In this document: positions 14,101 to 27,800 of the stretch, piece by piece
Numbering within the stretch: the first letter of the stretch is position 1
Layout of the letters: the number at the start of each line of letters is the position of its first letter
Assembly (NCBI GenBank): GCA_030141605.1
Contig: JAQGDQ010000032.1
Location: forward strand, 786,065 to 850,064
Source of the DNA: Tubiluchus corallicola
Lineage: Eukaryota; Animalia; Priapulida
Reading direction: 5' to 3'
DNA length: 64,000 bases
Notes under the pieces: generated by a model
The model's database searches: none
What the model was told of the DNA's origin: nothing
What the model saw: the letters and a program-made list of their open reading frames with translations, nothing else
Position numbers and translations under genes: made by a program

Positions 14101-17100
14101 CGTTAAATTGAAATTTGAATTTTTATGTTAAAACTTGCTTAGTTCTGGTACAACAAACTGAATATGGTGCAGCAGCACCGTACTTCAATTTTCGCTTTCT
14201 TGCTGTTGCTGTTGAAAATTATGTTAGTTTATGATGCCATCAATAGTTGGACTCGCCCGCCGTTAATTAAGTTTTTAATCTATTATTTAATTATCGGAAA
14301 CGCTTTTGCAGTATTAATCGTGTTAAAATGTATACCTTTTATCGGACTTGAAACTTGAAATGGGGTAGTATGTGTAAAATCATCCTGTCTTCCTTTGAGA
14401 TATAATCTACATAGCTGTAGATGAATAACTATGCACGTGAACACTTTGTTGTAAATCGGCCCGACGACTAATTTTTACATAAGCACAATTAAACACAAAG
14501 ATCTAATCAGCTAGAATAGCAGAATTTCTGAGTGAGCTGCAAAAGCTTTGCTATGCGTGCCTACGTGCTGTCCACCAATTTACGTTTTTTTAAATACGGC
14601 CGCAGCCAGGTTCATTTCGCGGGAGAAACAAAAGATATAGATTAGATCTCTTTTGCATTTTTAAGCAGGGCATTTTTGCACGTATATTGAGTGGTAATTT
14701 CAATACTTCTAACTGTAGATATATATTAAAATACAATGAATGTCGTTTGAGGGTTGCTTTTTCCTTTAAAGATATTAAATATTGCTGTTATTTCTTACGA
14801 AGTGTCTGCAGCTTCATAATTACATAGAACAACGAAGTATGTGTCACTAATCGGAGTATTCTAGAATGACATTACGAAGAAACTCATTAGTCACACACAG
14901 GTAAAAGGAACAGTAATTCTTCTATCGTTTCTCATTTCTTAATTTGTATATACACTTAGAAATGTCAGTACCATTCATCAATATCATCATTGTTATCACT
15001 AAGCCTCTATGGTGGGCGTACAGGCTTTGACAAAGGTAATTATATCAGCGGTGCTGCCAGGTAATCCTGTGATTCATCAACAGTCAAGCCTTTGATGTGC
15101 AGTATAAGAAACTCCTACCTACAGATTATTCATATTGCTCACTGTCACACTGAGATGTAGAAACACAGCAACTGCACTCTTCTCACGGCTGGAAGTTGTT
15201 CACAATAATTTTCACAGTTGATCCTAGTCAAAGTAATATGCCTCTTCTTGAATTTTTTATATTATTTTCTTATTGTCCTTTTTACAGAATTATTGTTTTT
15301 ATCTAATTTGACTAACTCACTGTACATTCAAGGCACGCAAAAATGTCAGGCTATCTTGCAGCCCAGTGCGTTTCTTTTCTTCTTTGTAGAATTCTCAAAT
15401 GAGTGCGATCACTAATTCTTTGCGTAGACTATTATCTTGGCCCATATCAATATTTTAATTAACGTTCGATGTACAGTTGACGTCGAATTTAAGAAAAATC
15501 ATTCGTTGATTGTTGATTTATTATTAGTAGATTGGTTTATTAAATAAACGGTTAGTTGCTTGATTGTTTGGTTGGTTGGTTAGTTTATTAGATGACTAGA
15601 TGGTGGGTGGATTAGTTAATTGGCTAATAAGTCAGTTGTTGGTTGGCTAAATGATCACAATTTCTGTTCGTGACATAGTCAAGAAAAATAGGTATTGGAT
15701 GAAAAGCCCGAATTCGAAAACGACATACAAGCGACAAACGACATACAAACAAAAGAACGAATTAGAACAAAATTTTGAAAAACGAAACAAGGACCAAGTA
15801 AAGACAGTTAAGATAAACTAGCATAAAACAATGTTCTTCCAGCCAGTAAAGACGAAAAATAGGACAACTGAATGCTCAAAAGCTTGTCTTAGGCGCCTAT
15901 ATATCTCGGTTTTAAGGCGCACAAATTAAGTTACAAATCTTTAGATGTAAGTATCTAATTATACATGGAAATTGTCAAGTCAATACGTCTCTCGTGTGTC
16001 CCTACACGCCCACGTGGCTTCTCTTGAAATCTAGATTCAGCTGGTACGTTGCCATGAGCAGCAAGCTCTCTTACGATCAAATACATCTTCACGCTAATTT
16101 GCTGCAAAAGTATTTGATCTTGGGCTAAATGTTCCGTTTCGGAAATTCTCGAGTGATGAGGAAGGAAATGGATTTCATACCTGCTGTAATTGCAATAGAG
16201 AGCATTATAAGGCTTACAATAATATGGTAAGACAAAGTGTCCTACTCTCTGACTTGCAAGTTGCAACTGCAGTAGTTTGCATGAACAATGGCGGAAATTG
16301 CACTTTACATGTGTTTTATTTCTCCAAGGCCGTTGTGTAACGAATTTTAATGGTCGCGGTGAATGATTTACACGGGCCTAAGATCCATGAACTGCGTAAT
16401 TAGTAAGTTTTAAAATTGCATTTGATTCACAACTAGCCTGCTATGCAATGGCTTCGTCACAATTTAGAGAAGGTCGTAAACTATTAATCAGGTTTTTGCA
16501 AGTCATCTATGCAGATTTGCGAATAAATTTACGTGACATTTAAATTTTAGCTTTTTGAATAAATAATGTTTATGAGTTTAAACAATGCAAGCTTGAAGTT
16601 AGAGAATTTTGTGTCATATGGTTACACTTACGATAAGTGACACCATGAACGTCACCAAGGAAGTGTAACTATACCACCTTTGGCTCTCGACACATGAAAT
16701 CTTTACTCTTGGCAGAACGGGGTTCCAAACGGTTAACCAATTTCACTAGTTCAACATTTAATTATAGCCAGAAACGTCAAAAACGTCAAAAGCATTGGAT
16801 TATCAATGCTATTGTCAACAGCTGTCACCACCACAAACTATAGTCGGCAAAGTCATTAAGATTTTCGTTGAGGTAAAATAATACAACACGGGATAAATCT
16901 AAGATGAAGGAGGGGTTTGACTGTAATGACAGACCAAAAACACTACTTGTATTTAGAGCATTAATCCTGAAAGGAAAGCACTTCTGTTGTAGAATGAAGG
17001 CAATTTCGGTACTTCCGACATAACTACTACTTGCAAATGCCTCGGAAATAAACTGATTGGATTAAAACAACTTTTTGACATTTGAACTAAATTAAAAGAG

Positions 17101-19689
17101 TTCTGAGAATTGAAGAAGTTCTTAGAATTGTTGTCACTGGGTGAGATTGCATATTATTTTTTGAAAATACCTACAACAATTTTCTGGTGTCATTTTGCGT
17201 TTCATATTGGCGCTAATCAAATCGAGTTAGTCGGGTAATGCAACCATGTTCGAGGTTCGGAAAATTTGTGAGCCGGTCGGATGCCATCGCAGAAGTACGT
17301 CCTATTAAATTAAGTTAAGCCGACGTGTTCGTCGTTTTTGCAGAAGCTGTGAAAAGACGAAACAATCACACAATCATGAAATTCTTGTACGCGAAGCCAA
17401 AAAATCGCTGATAAATTTGCTTTCGAGATCGATTCAGAAATATGAAGCCAAGTTTTCAGTGCAGTCGGAAAGCCAGATTTGACGGCCTGTTGAAAGCCAA
17501 AATTTTTGTTTTAACGCCAGGTTGTTAAACAACGTTGTCCAAGTATCGACAAGGCCAAAATACATGTAGAACCCGATATTTACGTTCATTTTTGCCCAGT
17601 AGATTAACTATATTGAACTATATTAAAATACCATAATAAAATATCGAGTGCTTCAAGAGTTCCCCATTATTTTACAGGAATATCGAAACAGCAACAACTG
17701 CTAATGAGATTGCCAGGAATCATTCCTGCAATTCGACCAAGGATTTTAAAATGTCCACTAATGGACTCAATATTTTTACTTACCAAAATAAAAATTTACC
17801 TAGATGGGATAAACGTTAAATTTTGAATCCCAGAATTCCATGTTATAATTTGCATTAATTGTGTTTGATGAGGCCTTGCGTAATTGGTGCCCTAAATATC
17901 CGTTGAATAAAAACCATCAACTGGCCCATTCATATTGTTTGGTAAACATTAAATTTGTTATTTTGTTCTCCAGTGCGTTGTTCTGTTTTTTAAATGACTG
18001 CAAAAACCTAGACCAACGCAACGATTTTGCAAATTTGCAAAAAAAAAACAGTTGCAAGTTTGAAACAGTCTGTAAACTATCAGTTTGAGCCATCATAGTA
18101 AATCTGTTAGTTCTTAGGCGAGAAAATGTAAATTCAAGGCGAATTGCTATGACTGTTAAACAATGTCTGAGTGTTATAATATTTCCGAGACTTAAAGGAA
18201 AACAGGATGACTTTTTATATCCTGCCCCATTTTGTAGTATGGTAAAAAGCACACATTTTAATGCTTATAATAAAACCAGGCGTTTCTGATAAATAAATAA
18301 TAGGTTAAAAACTTAATTAATAGCGGGCGAGCCCAACTAGTAATGTCACCACAATTGAAAATAATTTTCAACAGCAAAAACATTATACGAGTGTGTTACA
18401 CGTGTTTACAAAAGCGAAAAATTAGGGTACAATTGTACTGTACAACATTAAGTGTTATATATACAGAAATTCGGCAAATTTTAAGTTTAGTGAATTTAAA
18501 TTTTAACTTTTTCGCTGTGTTCACGCCTGAGGTCTGCACTACATCACAAACTAAACAACCGTGAAGTGAGAGGTACAGCACTTCTTTTTTGTAAAATGCG
18601 TTTCCGAGATGCTTGTCCTAGTAGTGCCTACCTGACTAGTGAATAGTGAAAGCGAAATTACATTTTTGTAATAATAATTCTTTTACATAAGTCATTCTTG
18701 AAAAAAATAGTATGTTCCCTTTCCCTATTTTACATGGTAGATTGTTTTGAGCGTACTAGTGTATAGTTTAAGATTGGGTCCAGTTTTTACTTTATGTAAA
18801 GTAAACCATACGTGGAAAACAAGTACATAAGTATAAACACTATATGAGCCCTTCTATACAGTTTGGCAGACTGAGGGCAGAACCCAGCACCAATGATATT
18901 GGTAATTGTGGCAGGAAGGGAACCTGGTTCATTATTGACAAAGGTATGCTTTCACTCGATGAAAGAAATAGCCTGATGATGATGATAGGTGAAACCACCA
19001 ATAAACGATCTCCCTGAAGTTACTTATCTACTTGTTTACCAAATCCAATGCTGCTTATCTCCTGACATTAACATTCCTTGCTTTATTAATTAGACTTTGG
19101 CTATTTAATAAAATTCTCTCACAACAATTAAAACATTTCACGTTGACAAACAATTTGTTGAGTTTTTCATCAAGAACACCTGCACAACCTGCGCATAAAG
19201 GTGCGTTAACTAAATTACCTTAATAAGAAATCGCAATAAAAATTGCTATATCGTACAGGGAGGTTGAAATCAATAATATCCCGTATTGAATAATAACGCA
19301 GTAATCGCCCATTAATCAAGTATTCTGTTTTTTCCATAATATTTTCATGTTCTCTTTCTGTTCATATTCTTGACTTCTCACATAGTCTTGAGTCAAAGTG
19401 GTACCGAAATGGTACTATAAAAAATCGTGGTTTGTAGAACTGGAAAAATTCCTTCCTATTTTGTTCTGTACTTTGTCGTGTAGGTTAATAAATACGCATG
19501 TGGTCAAAGGAACTTATACAGCGCATTTATTCATTTGTACGCTCGTTTCAAAATCAAACAAGGACAGAAGCCAAGGATACTGCATGTTTTCTCATGCATG
19601 GAAAACAAGCATATACAGATATGACAAGATTTTAGTCAAGTAGGTGGCGGTTTTGTAAGTCGTTGTTGCTATTTGGTATTTGACGTAGC

Positions 19690-20613
19690 ATGAGTCTGCG
19701 CAGTAGTTGGATTGCCACATCCTGCAGCATCTTATTGTGCTTGCAGTGCTTTATTATGATGTGTTATGCTCCCGATGCTGAGGACATTGAGTACAAAAGA
19801 AGTGTGTGAAAAATATTCAGCGGCCACAGGCCCGCAATTAGACGCATCAGAGTTCGGTGTTATGAAGGGTGCGATTTTATGGTTGCCCAAATAATATTCA
19901 GGAAGCCATTTTTTGGGACTATCAGCACTGCATTGGACTACAAAGGCGGTTACAAAACGTGCACAGTTTACGGAAACGGTAAAAGCATCGTTTATTTTGT
20001 TATTGACTTCAACGGCTGCATGGTCAGATCACGCACTACGTCGTCTGGTACTCAGTATAGTACTATCATCTCTATCGAGTTTCCGTGGAAACGGAAGCAC
20101 TATTGTTTTCTAAGATATATCCTTAAGTGTTCTTCCTCCAGGCGTGGGTCCCCGCGTAACCCGCGAGCATCAAACGAACCGGAAACATGTTCAACCTTTA
20201 GAGAGAGTTGTACAGCAGGTTCACGCATGCGTATGGAGTGATTCCTCCTTGCCCAGGTGGGATGGTCTTTGACGGAGAGTATTGTGTTTCCACCGATGAT
20301 AGCAGAAACGGACGGTTATGGATGTCGATGCCCAGATGCACCTTGGGACACGGCTACTGATGGAACGTGTATTTCTCAGTTCCCAGCCTTGATGAGGGAT
20401 GATGGATCTTGTACCTGCATGGCAGATTCTGGTCAAGTGGAACTGACGGATGACGGCTGCGAGTGTCAATGCTTGAACGGAGATTGCTGTTTTGATGATG
20501 GCGGTGGTGTAGGCGAAGTTATTTGCCGATGCGACGATGGCTACATCGGATCTCTTTGCGACGTGCAAGAAGAAGAGGAAGAGGCAGAAGAAGAGGAAGT
20601 GACAGATATGTAG
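19690..20613 (+). pseudogene. Secreted ZP-N (cuticlin-like zona pellucida N domain) + Cys-rich/EGF protein with acidic tail; interrupted by in-frame TGA codons, probable pseudogene
   Basis: ATG 19690 encodes a signal peptide (MSLRSSWIATSCSILLCLQCFIMMCYA). TGA at 19807-09. The same frame continues into a ZP-N pattern (IRVRCYEGCDFMVAQIIFRKPFFGTI...CTVYGNGKSIVYFVIDFNGCMVR...YSTIISIEF...YILKC). Second TGA at 20239-41. The same frame ends in an EGF motif (CQCLNGDCCFDDGGGVGEVICRCDDGYIGSLCD) and poly-Glu. A CPGGMVFDGEYC motif lies in another frame around 20251-20286. Confidence 0.65.
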
Positions 20614-22954
20614 GAAGAGGAACAGGAAAACTGTTCCGTATTTGTTCTGCTTTGGCGATTTGTTTTACAAAAGGAAATGTAATGCCCACTAAAAAAATTC
20701 GTACTCCGCAATGTACGCATGATGCAAAATTTTCACTCGTAAAAATTAATTTCCTTAATTTAGATACAAATTAAATTAAGAAAAAGAGTATTCATCGTCT
20801 TTATTATTTTTCATTGCTTCTTAGAGTCTTGAAGGATCGCCCTGATAACTGCCAAGCCTTTTATCTAATTCGCAGTTTCTACAAACTATAAATTTACAAA
20901 TGTGTGACATTATTTTCGACCTGCAGAAAGAAAAACATATAGAACTGCAGTTTGCAAATTTTGTGTCACTTAAACACCAGCTATTTACACCTAAGAATAT
21001 CAAACACCAATGAGTAACTGTGTTTGCATACTTTGACAATTTCAATCATGTATTTTGTTTTTGCGCTAGATCATGATGGAACTAGATAGTAATTACAAAC
21101 ACAACATGGCTGCATGGTATAGTCCTACACATTCAGCACGACATTCTCGTTATAAGGGGAGCGGATATTTGACAATCACGAAGCACGATAGATCGCCCAC
21201 GCAATTGGGAAGCATTTGTATAATATGATTGATATCTTAATTTCTACAAGGCAATGAAGAGGTATTTCTCTGTTTAACATTACTTGCCTCTAAGATTACT
21301 GAGGTACTGAAGTGTCATCTAAAAAAGTTTACTCCTCGTATGCTTGACACAACAAGCAACAAGAAGTATGGGATAATTCACCACTAAAATAATTGATTAT
21401 GTCCACAAAATCAGTTGGAGAGTCACATATTTGGATTCACTCTTTCAATGTTAAGAAACTGCCTATTTTGTAAGCTCAAAGATTATTGGTCTAACTCATG
21501 GTCGAGAACTGAAAAGAAGCCATTATGGGAACGAATTAACAAAGTGAAATGACTGATGTGAATCTCACAAGTGTTTTATCCACAGCTTTCTCAACGTCTA
21601 ACATGGGTGGCGCAGTCACTACGACAAAATGTCGAACTCAAAATTATGAGCCAGCCAACGCTTACACTACTGCGATTACAAGCCACTAGTATTTTCTATT
21701 AAAATCTACCAAGTTTGATTAGTTTTACTCTCAAGTAAGCTTTCATTCTCCTAAAACAAGCAACATTGTGTTGCTTAGCATTAGAACATAGCCACATAGT
21801 CAATTTGCTCTTTGCTCAACTCATAATTTCCCAACAAACTGAATAAATCTCTACGAGTTAGCCGAAACACAGATTGCGCTATTATTTAGGTGAACTAGTT
21901 TCAAATTAATAAGAAGTCTAGATGTACGAAAGCCATGTTAAGTAAAATTGACCGTTTAACTTTCTTGTAAAAAATTGTCCAAATACTAAAATTTCGAATT
22001 TAACTTTATTATTTAATGCTTATTGATAAGCCTTATAAATAACTCCACATGATCACGTTTGACAAAATGACTCTTTGCTATCCACACATTAAAGGAAAAA
22101 TAATCCGCTAACAACAATTTGATTTTTTCCAATTACAATATTAGTTTTATTTACATTTGTGCAGCGGTATTTACAGAACCAATGCCAGCACTTATAATCA
22201 TCGATTGAATGCAAACTAATCCTTTAACCACACAGTCAAGTTTTTCCATGTCGAATTGAGCCATGCTGTGCACAAAAGCAGAACCAAATTAACTGCTGAT
22301 ATGTACTCACTGGGAGCTTCAAACAGCTAGAGTTTGCACACAGTAACTGCATTAAAGAAGCCAAGAGTGGGAAATAAAAATATTTTTGAAAATAAGTAAT
22401 AAGAAAAAACGTACAAACCGCAACTTAGTGGCAAATTTATACATGTAATTTCAAACAACAGATTGAAAATTTCATTTCGAACACACTGTTCACACAATTT
22501 ACAGTTGCAAAGATGGTGCTGTCACATTAATTTTCACAATTTTTTCTCGCAGTTGCCAATCTAGTCAACTTCAGTTATACTTAATGAACAAAAACCAAAA
22601 CAACAGTGGAAGAAAGACATTAAACTGTTTAAACAATTACATTAATAAATGACAAAAATACTGTTAAAGTTTCTATGTCAATTACTAGCCAAACTTGGAA
22701 AAGAACAAATTTTGGCTAAACTTGTTCAAGTAAAAATTTGGACTTTACTAGCGATATTTTTGTACAGAAGCAACTTCACAATCAAGGACAGCGTAATAGA
22801 TTACTTTCTATTTGATTAACAAATTTTATATGACAATAAGCACTAAACTAGGACACATACATCCAAGTGATTTATTGAAGTAGGAGAGGTGAAATGATTC
22901 TGTAAAAGCCTTTATGCCATACTTTAGTCAAGCGAAAAATCAGCTGGTGTTCAC

Positions 22955-23049
22955 TAATTACTGAATATTTTTGCAGACTTTATATTCTGATTAAATGAAA
23001 ATCATTAATTACTGAATATTTTTGCAAACATATTCTAATTAAATGAAAA
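22955..23049. repeat. ~51-bp tandem duplication
   Basis: taattactgaatatttttgca...tattct(g/a)attaaatgaaaa present twice. Confidence 0.8.
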
Positions 23050-24651
23050 ACTAACTTCTGACAACGCATTTTACACTTTCCTTCAAATGAAAATTGGTTC
23101 GGTTTAAATTTAACTATAGTTACATACATAATACTAACTTTATAATAATCAAATTTGTGTATATACACAATTATAAACTCGGTCTGTTTAGTAGAACATC
23201 ATAATATAACTTCAACAACTTGAATCAATAAACGCACTCGGATACACAAAATGCAATGAGAATAACCAACTTTTATAAATACAATCACATAATTTACATG
23301 GTAAGGTACTTAACAGGCATTGGTGTGTAATTACAAGTAATGAATTTGGTTTTTTCAAATCATATCATATAAAAATTTGGTCTTTATAACAAAAAAAATT
23401 AAGTAAATATAAGTATTCAAAATAAAATATTAGGTTTAACATACATGCTAATACAATAATTGTGTACACTCTGTAGGAAGACAAATGAAGAATAATAATG
23501 CTGATGATATTTTATAATTATAATTATAATGATAACCATATAAATTTATACTTTCAACAATGTGTATGTTAATATAATAGTGGAAGAGTTACCTCAATAA
23601 TATATTTAATCTGATGCATAACGATTATGAGATGACTGCTATATTTATAAATACATTGGGAATGCTTAGTTTTAATGACGAAGTACAGCCATAACACGTT
23701 TTTCTGCAAAGGACACCAGATTCAAAGAGCAACGATTGAAACACAGCATTACTCGCATAATACTAGTGCTGCCATCTCTTAGACACTTTAACTCAACTAA
23801 GGCTTGGGTCCGGTTCATTATGAAGACTGCTTTGTAACTACATTATATAAATGTGAAATCAATAAAACTGACCTCACTCAAAGATCTAAGGTCAAACCAA
23901 ACACTTAAAATTATTCAAAATATGGAAAGCAGCATAACAGCCATTTGACAATGTGCTAAATCTTCTTAAAAGCAACTGTTATTAAATCAAAATTATTTTT
24001 ACCTGCTTAAGCCTATTAGTTTAACAATCCTAACAATTTTGGTAGACGTAGCACAGTATTATCACAATTTGGAAACTGCACTTTTAAAATTACATTATTA
24101 CGATGCGACAACATCTAAAACTACAAATACTTTTGTTTCACATAACTTCCACATTGCTAAGTAAGAGCTGACATCAGGCACTGTCTGCAGCTATGAATCT
24201 GGAGATTAAGGAAATTCGTGACAAATACAATATGTAATTTTTATGAATTCTACGAATTGCCTAAATTTATATGTTAATGAAGGCTTAAAAAGTGAATTTT
24301 CTAGTGCTATTACTGGATTTAAACAATGAAATGACAAAGTATTTAAAGCTTAGACAACACTGTATCAAAACATATGCCTTGTCCCAAAAGTGAGCTAGCA
24401 ATCGACAGAAGTGAAACTATACTGCATGTTAATTAGTCCACTATTGACTGTCAGTTACTGTTTGCCTGATGCTAATCTGACACTGTAAGACATGCAAAAA
24501 CCCTTCAGGATAAATTAACAATCTGATAAAAGCTTCCTTGAAAAAAAGATTTATAACAAACACACCATGCTAATCAGAAAACACAAAATATTCAAGTAAA
24601 CCAGCAGTATCTCTATAATTATAAGTAACTTCAGCCAACTTGGATACACAA

Positions 24652-24826
24652 TCATGAGTCCATTGAAAAGACTTCTTTGTCCACATCATTATTACCTTTG
24701 TCCATTGATTTGTGACCTTTGGCAAGAAAGTCCATATCTGCTGCCTTTACTTTTCCTTTTGATGGTTTTCCAGACTTCTTAAATCCCCTGCCGATGCCAC
24801 GTCCAAATGCAAACCCTTGAGGCAAC
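24652..24826 (-). CDS. ZNF511: ZNF511 last coding exon
   Basis: cgacag acceptor; LPQGFAFGRGIGRGFKK...FSMDS*, matching the conserved P-x-x-F-x-FG-x-G-x-x-RGF tail. Confidence 0.8.
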
Positions 24827-27800
24827 CTGTCGTAACATTAACGCCAATATTGGTAACTAAATGACTTTGTAAAGGCTGGCATATACATGATTTATAAGTT
24901 GAGCTTCGACAGAAGCCAAGTTTAGCTAGGATGTTTCAATCGATATAATACATGAAGCATTTTACACCATCCTACTGGTGAACTAGCGACAACTCATAAA
25001 GACCAGCCAGTTTAAATGCAGAAATATTGAATTATGAGGTATGTTGTAAAGCTTTGATCAAAAAATAGCTATGTCACATCATAGGCTAGCTTGCAGTTAA
25101 TTGTAATAAACATCAGAAAGAAGTAGGTGACCATCCTCTAGCCAAATGATGAATTACGAACTGGCAAAAGCCATCAGTCAGCATTTAATGAAACTTCAGC
25201 ACTACATAACAATAAAATTATGGATATTGATCCCCATTAAGACATTAAATAAAAGAAATCTGGTTTCCAGAGAAAAGCAAACAACTATTGGGTTTTATGT
25301 AAAAAGTAATTGTAAATCTTAGCGACTAATGATACTGGTCAAAAAAATGAAGTTGAGCTGTTTTGCTACATATTTGCTCTATGACTTGATCAAAGATCGC
25401 GTACAAAAAATTTCACAACTAAGGAAATTAAGATGATGTGCACCCAGCCAACCCACCCTACAAATGTGCCTTATTTGAGACTTAAATCCCTGCAATAAAT
25501 AAGATGCATAAAAACTAGAAATTATGATTGCATGATGTAAAACATACTTTTTCCTTGCACCTTTATCAATATCAGCTGCTTCCAATTCCATTGGCATTGC
25601 TCCAGCAACTGCATGAGCAAATTCCGTAAGCCTGTTGAAAAATTTAACAACACATGCTGATTTAGTAACAGAAATCCACAGAGACTGCTACACTGTAAAC
25701 ACATTCAAGTTATATGACAAGTGAATCCCTACAGGTCCTTATAGCTCAATAAGTCAGCAGACTCTATACATCTTGTTCTAGTTTAATAATGATGCCAGCC
25801 CAGAAGGTGGATACAGTATCTCACTGGTTTGAAGCCTACATTACTAGAATCATTAGAAATCTAAGTTTGCTGCACACAGTGGAAAAGCTCTACTTCCATT
25901 GTCCTTCTGTAATAAATGTATGCAATAAGATTGGCCGAATAGTATTTACTGCAGTCATTGGTCAAAAGCTGCAGCCAGGCTGACATAGATTACACATGCA
26001 CTGCACATAACTAGCAGAACCGCTCAATTGATTTTATGAAAGTGGTCAGAGGCGTGCATGCAACCAATGTAACGTTTACATAACACTCACGCATACAGTG
26101 TCAAATATTAGCCTAAATACAGCACTTGTGAGATGGTACATGTTTAACAAATTTAATATGTGCTTCTTGCTTATAGTCTGTATTTTTCCACTACTCTTTT
26201 ACTATTTGACAATTTAGATTAACAGTCCTTTTTAAGTTTTTGTGTGAAATCTTACGTAATGCACCAAAACCAAAACACTGCTCTGATATACTAACTAAAA
26301 TGAATTAACTGGTGCATGGACAACTTTAAGCTCTTAAATGCACATCTGCTCAGCATAATTTAAACTTTTACGCATGTACAAGTAAAGTATGGATAGAAAT
26401 ATACATATTTGTGCTACCTTATCTACTGTTGGATATATAGTTGCAGACATATTTGAAATTTTTGGAATTCTACAATTTCCTTTAAAAAATATTAATGCTT
26501 CTACATTATCAATTCCTCACGTGCTAAGTAGCTATACTCATGTTTAAAATTAGCGTAGCTCGAAAAGATACAGCAATAAACTTTAACTAAATAACTTATC
26601 TAGATTCATCATGCAACACAATTGCAATAAATTTGTAAAAGAGTGCCAGAATCTATTACTTTTTAGCCTATTTGCTCCCCTACCTCTCTGAGACTGTTAT
26701 TTTGCCTACTATGTACTTTAATGTTTCTAATTGCTATTTAAACAATCAATACTCTATACTTAACTCTGCAATGTCCATGAGAAAAAGAAATTTGACTTGA
26801 TTTCACTCGGGGTTACATACGTATGTATTCATAAAACAATAATATAACAGCATTTAAAATTTATTAAACAAAGCACAATAAGATTTAAAGACATTTATCA
26901 ACGCCAAAACGACAAATAATTAAGTCCATGTAATTAAAAATTAGGATTCTATATTTGTAGTGTCATCTATACAATGATAGCAACAGCAAACAATTTTTGT
27001 CTGTTTCATAACTAAACTCCTACATGTAATTAACATTTCTAGTGTATTCTTCATCATGTGGGTTATCTCATTTTGGTGAGCAGTCAGCTGCTTTTGGTGA
27101 AGTGTAATTTCAAGTAAATTTTATTATACATGATTTTCCGCATTTGCATGAGTGTCAGCACATTACTATATATATATATATCAATACACATTCACGCATC
27201 AAAAATGTAAGCATTGATCATAAAATGTGCAAACCTATAAAGATAAAGCTAACCTAACATACAGTATGCAAAGTTGATTTACAACACAGACAATTAAACT
27301 TTTCTTATTCACGTGCTTAGCATGTACACTATGTTGAAATGCACACAGTGCAAACTTGATTACATAATACTTAGTATTTGGAAACAGGAACAAAAACAGC
27401 AAGTTAGTTTATTTGTCAAGTAAACACTGTTTGGTAAACTTTTGAAAAGGCAAAATAAGAACTAAGACTTACTTCTTTGTATCCTGCTTTACTTTATAGA
27501 AGCGAAAATCAGTGGGATATTTATGGAATTCAACCATGTGTTTTTTACGGATGTTGCTATCATGGAATCTTTCTTGGCATCCTTCAACCAAACACTGATA
27601 CTGGAAAAAGCCAAATTCCCATAAACATAAGCACATGAGGTAGTTAGTTACTCTAGCAGTAATTTTGACACACAACACACATGCAGCTTTTTTATAACTT
27701 GTCAATATTCCCTTTTCCCACTCAGCAATTTTAGTTCATTGCACTCTGCATCAACAAATCACACAAATCTGGAATAAATCATTAATTGCTCACAACTTGG

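Noticed and set aside
15955-16266. 103-aa minus-strand ORF
   Set aside because: Non-ATG start, no recognisable domain and no consistent exon partners.
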